Assembly: GCA_965216785.1 (NCBI GenBank)
Contig: OZ244197.1
Span: forward strand, 672,001 to 736,000
From: Thermodesulfobacteriota bacterium
GTDB taxonomy: Bacteria > Desulfobacterota_D > UBA1144 > Nemesobacterales > UBA2774
Reading direction: 5' to 3'
DNA length: 64,000 nt
Position 1 is the first letter of the stretch. Every line of letters starts with the position of its first letter. Both the position numbers and the translations under genes were made by a program. Below, piece by piece: positions 60,410 to 64,000 of this stretch. The notes under the pieces are model-generated. The model searched no databases. It saw only the letters and a program-made list of their open reading frames with translations, and was not told the origin of the DNA.

Positions 60410-62661
60410 CACTATCAAGAGAGCTTGAAAACACTCTAAGACGGGCGTTTGACCAGGCAAAAGCCAGAAAGCACGAGTATATTACGCTTGAGCACATACT
60501 GCTGGAGCTTACATATGATCCGGACGCCTCTCCCGTACTTATCGGCTGCGGCGTGGACCTTGACAACTTAAGAGATTCGCTCGATAACTTTATGAACGAA
60601 AACATGCCTCCGATCGAGTCCGAGTACCTCGGCGAGCCCGAGTATTCGGCTGGAAGCCAGTTTGTGCTGAGACTTGCCGCAATGCACGCTGAGTCTGCCG
60701 ATAAATCGCAGATAAACGGCAGCAACATACTGATCGCGATGTTCAGGGTGGACGAATCGCACGCTGTGTACATACTCAATCAGCAAGGGGTTAGCCGATT
60801 TGACGTGGTACGTTACGTTTCTCACGGGGGCGGGGAGCAAACTAGAAAAGAGGGTTCTACAAGCATCGCCAAGACCGATGTCGACTCACAGCAGCAAGTA
60901 AAAGACCCTCTTAGCGAGTACTGCACGAACCTCGTGGAAAAAGCAAAAGATGGAAAGCTGGATCCTCTGATCGGAAGAGAAAGTGAAATCGACCGTACAG
61001 TGCACATACTGGCCAGGAGAAGGAAGAATAACCCAATATTCGTGGGGGATGCGGGGGTCGGGAAAACTGCTATCGCGGAGGGGCTTGCGCTAAGAATAGC
61101 TGAGAAAAAAGTGCCGGGGGCGCTTGAAGAAACAGACATATACGCTCTCGATATGGGTTCTCTCACAGCCGGGACACGTTACAGGGGTGATTTTGAAGAA
61201 AGACTCAAATCCATAATAGACAGCGTGAAAGGGGATGATAAAAAAGTTCTGTTCGTAGACGAAATACATACGGTAATCGGCGCTGGGGCAGTGTCCGGAG
61301 GCACGCTCGACGCATCGAACATGCTAAAACCCGCCCTTTCAAGCGGGGAGATCAGGTGCATCGGAACCACCACTCTTAAAGAATACCGGGGTGTTTTTGA
61401 AAAAGACCACGCGCTCGCCAGAAGGTTTCAGAGAATAGACGTTTTCGAGCCGAGCGAAGACGAATGCCTTAAGATACTCCAGGGACTAAAGAAATACTAC
61501 GAAGAATTCCACGGTGTAAAGTACTCGACCCCGGCGCTTAAAGCGGCGGTCGAGCTTTCGGCAAAATATATGAACGACAGAAGACTGCCGGATAAGGCGA
61601 TTGACTTGATAGACGAAGCGGGGGCGGCGGTTAAGCTCAGAAAGTACGACGCTGAGGTGAAGCAGGTCACTGTCAAGGACATTGAAGCCCTCGTATCCAA
61701 GATCGCCAAGATTCCGAGCAGGACGGTCAAGGTAGACGACAGAAACAGGCTTATGACTCTGGCAGGAGACCTTAAAAAGGTTATATTCGGTCAGGACGAG
61801 GCTGTGGATAAGCTCGTTACAGCAATACAGATGTCCCGCTCAGGCCTGAGCGAGCCCAATAAACCCGTAGGGAACTTTATGTTCGCCGGACCCACAGGAG
61901 TGGGTAAGACAGAGCTTGCAAAACAGCTTGCAGAAGCTATGGGGATTGAATTCATACGTTTTGATATGAGCGAGTATATGGAAAAACATACGGTATCTCG
62001 CCTCATAGGATCCCCGCCCGGATATGTGGGTTACGACGAGGGCGGTCAGCTGACCGAAGCTATACACCAGAACCCGCACGCAGTATTATTGCTCGACGAG
62101 ATAGAAAAGGCCCACGAAGACATATACAACGTACTACTTCAGGTAATGGACCACGCCACCCTGACCGACTCAAACGGAAGGAAGGTCGATTTCAGACAGA
62201 TCGTGCTGATACTGACCACAAACACAGGTTCCAGGGAAAGCAGTCAGAGAACAGTAGGGTTTGAAAAAGACGAGTTTGAGGATAAGAGCCTTATTGCCAT
62301 AGAAAAATTCTTTAGCCCGGAGTTTAGGAATAGACTTAACGCCACGCTTCATTTCAGCTCACTTACTAAAGAAGTGGTCGAGAAGATAGTGGACAAGATG
62401 GTCGGGCAGTTGGCGGAGCGGCTGAAAGCTAAAAAGGTAACGGTCGAGCTTACTCCGAAAGCAAGGACTTATATTGCGGAGAAGGGCTACGACAAGCAGC
62501 TAGGAGCAAGACCCATACAACGGCTGATAGACAGCGAGATTTCGCAGAAGCTATCTAAAGAAATATTGTTCGGAGATTTGTCTACAGGCCGGGGCGGAAA
62601 GGTGAAGATAGTTGTTAAGAAGGGAGCGCTGGGGTTTGAATTCGGAGACAATCTGCATTAG
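60406..62661 (+). CDS. clpA: ATP-dependent Clp protease ATP-binding subunit ClpA
   Basis: HEYITLEH N-domain, GDAGVGKT and GPTGVGKT Walker A motifs, VGF ClpP-binding loop, no middle domain; follows clpS. Confidence 0.95.
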   Translation: MTLSRELENTLRRAFDQAKARKHEYITLEHILLELTYDPDASPVLIGCGVDLDNLRDSLDNFMNENMPPIESEYLGEPEYSAGSQFVLRLAAMHAESADKSQINGSNILIAMFRVDESHAVYILNQQGVSRFDVVRYVSHGGGEQTRKEGSTSIAKTDVDSQQQVKDPLSEYCTNLVEKAKDGKLDPLIGRESEIDRTVHILARRRKNNPIFVGDAGVGKTAIAEGLALRIAEKKVPGALEETDIYALDMGSLTAGTRYRGDFEERLKSIIDSVKGDDKKVLFVDEIHTVIGAGAVSGGTLDASNMLKPALSSGEIRCIGTTTLKEYRGVFEKDHALARRFQRIDVFEPSEDECLKILQGLKKYYEEFHGVKYSTPALKAAVELSAKYMNDRRLPDKAIDLIDEAGAAVKLRKYDAEVKQVTVKDIEALVSKIAKIPSRTVKVDDRNRLMTLAGDLKKVIFGQDEAVDKLVTAIQMSRSGLSEPNKPVGNFMFAGPTGVGKTELAKQLAEAMGIEFIRFDMSEYMEKHTVSRLIGSPPGYVGYDEGGQLTEAIHQNPHAVLLLDEIEKAHEDIYNVLLQVMDHATLTDSNGRKVDFRQIVLILTTNTGSRESSQRTVGFEKDEFEDKSLIAIEKFFSPEFRNRLNATLHFSSLTKEVVEKIVDKMVGQLAERLKAKKVTVELTPKARTYIAEKGYDKQLGARPIQRLIDSEISQKLSKEILFGDLSTGRGGKVKIVVKKGALGFEFGDNLH

Positions 62662-62663
62662 AT

Positions 62664-63332
62664 ATGAATAAAAAATTTCAAGAAGGTGTGAAAATAAGAG
62701 AACATTTTTCTGTATTAAAACAAAGAGACGGGGAAAATATAGGTTATTCTGAATCCGATCGAGAAGGCACTACCGCTTCATCATATATTAACGAACACGA
62801 CGACATAGAGTTTAAATTGGAAGGGAACTCTCCGCAAGGCGAACAAGATACCTTGAAGGTTTGCCAAATACTTCTGAATGTTCTAAATCAAAACGGTGGG
62901 AACTGGTCGAATCCCAAAATGAGTGATCGCGGAGTGGATTGTGTATCTGAAAACTTAAAAAATTCCTCTGAAATACTTGAAATTCAAGTTGTCAGAGCTT
63001 CCACAAACCCAGAATTATGGAAAAGCCTAGCAAACAAAGGACAAATAAACAATGAAAGAATATCTACCAGTGAAATAGTATCAGAAATTAAGAAATCTAT
63101 TGAAACTAAAAGTAACGAGCGAACAATCCCTAGCAATATTCGCCAAAGCATTACACTCGCGCTTGACGCAAATCGCTTATCTGCTTATACACTGGATAAA
63201 GTAGTAAAAAAGTTTCACGAGAAATATGCCAAAGAAGTTATATCATTAGGGTTCAAATCTATTTGGATTGTCGGACCACGAGAAGAATTGACACACCGTT
63301 TAGACATACTCCCTGAAGAAAGTGACGACTAA
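62664..63332 (+). CDS. Hypothetical protein, possible restriction-endonuclease-like (PD-(D/E)xK) fold
   Basis: AT-rich ORF; E-helix...GVDC...LEIQVV...IETK...LALDA...FKSIWIVG pattern. Confidence 0.6.
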   Translation: MNKKFQEGVKIREHFSVLKQRDGENIGYSESDREGTTASSYINEHDDIEFKLEGNSPQGEQDTLKVCQILLNVLNQNGGNWSNPKMSDRGVDCVSENLKNSSEILEIQVVRASTNPELWKSLANKGQINNERISTSEIVSEIKKSIETKSNERTIPSNIRQSITLALDANRLSAYTLDKVVKKFHEKYAKEVISLGFKSIWIVGPREELTHRLDILPEESDD

Positions 63333-63422
63333 AAATAGAGATAAGAATAATGCCTATAATATTTTTGTATATTTTAAGCATTTGAATGTTTAGATTAACC
63401 AAAGACAATGGAAATCTCATAA

Positions 63423-64000
63423 ATGGCTAAATATGTTGCTCCTAAGGTAGATATTTCTGCATTTAATTGTCCACATTGTAACGCATATGCACAGCAACAC
63501 TGGTACGACGTTTTTATCAGCATGTCAAGTTTGGGTAGATATACGTCTTTTCCTAGCGCAAGAATAAGCCAATGTATAGCTTGCGATGACTACACTCTAT
63601 GGTATCGATTTACTCTTAAAAGTAATACTACAACGACAAGGAATACTTCTCCGGGAATAGGTATAGAAAGCCCAGAAGTACTCGAAATATTCAAAATAGT
63701 ACTTCCTAAAAACTCAACAGCTCCACTACCCACAAAAGACATGCCTGATGAGATCACGAATATTTATAATGAAGCGAGAAACATATTAAATGAGTCACCA
63801 CGTGGAGCAGCAGCATTACTACGACTATGTGTTCAAAACCTCATACCACACTTAGGTGGAAAAGGTGAAAATATTAACAACGATATAGGTGAATTAGTAA
63901 AACAAGGATTAAATCCAATAATACAAAAATCGTTAGATTCATTAAGAGTAATAGGTAACAACGCAGTACATCCAGGCCAGATTGATTTAGAAGATGATAT
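63423..64000 (+). CDS. DUF4145 (HEPN-like) protein with N-terminal Zn ribbon, runs off the window end
   Basis: Manual translation: MAKYVAPK...FNCPHC...CIAC...DMPDEI...SPRGAAALLRLC...LRVIGNNAVHPGQID. Confidence 0.85.
   Translation, partial: MAKYVAPKVDISAFNCPHCNAYAQQHWYDVFISMSSLGRYTSFPSARISQCIACDDYTLWYRFTLKSNTTTTRNTSPGIGIESPEVLEIFKIVLPKNSTAPLPTKDMPDEITNIYNEARNILNESPRGAAALLRLCVQNLIPHLGGKGENINNDIGELVKQGLNPIIQKSLDSLRVIGNNAVHPGQIDLEDD

Noticed and set aside
62661-63422. Integron cassette array
   Set aside because: No attC-like RYYYAAC...GTTRRRY inverted structure recognised between the genes and no intI in the window

Overview
A 64 kb bacterial chromosomal segment, mostly housekeeping genes: gltX 3' end, coaE, a three-gene acyl-CoA carboxylase, rsmA, ftsB, thrC, thiE, leuS, gpsA/plsC, typA, mnmG, prs-rplY-pth-hppA, rpsF-rpsR-rplI, degQ, clpS-clpA, plus tRNA-Arg(CCG) and tRNA-Leu(CAG). 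Gene style and the IPTL-CTERM and GC-motif sorted surface proteins suggest a deltaproteobacterial-like lineage such as Ca. Dadabacteria (inference only). Accessory DNA is concentrated at about 19.9-28.1 kb and after 62.66 kb. Highlights: (1) a sigma-54 module readable directly in the DNA: a GAF-PAS enhancer-binding protein, tandem GCGATATATCGC palindromes, a consensus -24/-12 promoter, a small secreted protein and two SAM methyltransferases; (2) a 2.86 kb integrase-free islet bounded by tRNA-Arg and a degenerate copy of its 3' half, carrying one large mosaic surface protein; (3) a FemAB-like GNAT leading the clpS-clpA operon behind a spacer-less CIRCE-like palindrome; (4) a prokaryotic pentameric ligand-gated ion channel, an FZL-like dynamin and a Cys-type Thi4; (5) an AT-rich nuclease-like gene and a DUF4145/HEPN gene at the right edge. 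No CRISPR array, rRNA, transposase or integrase was seen. All family calls come from motif recognition, not database searches.
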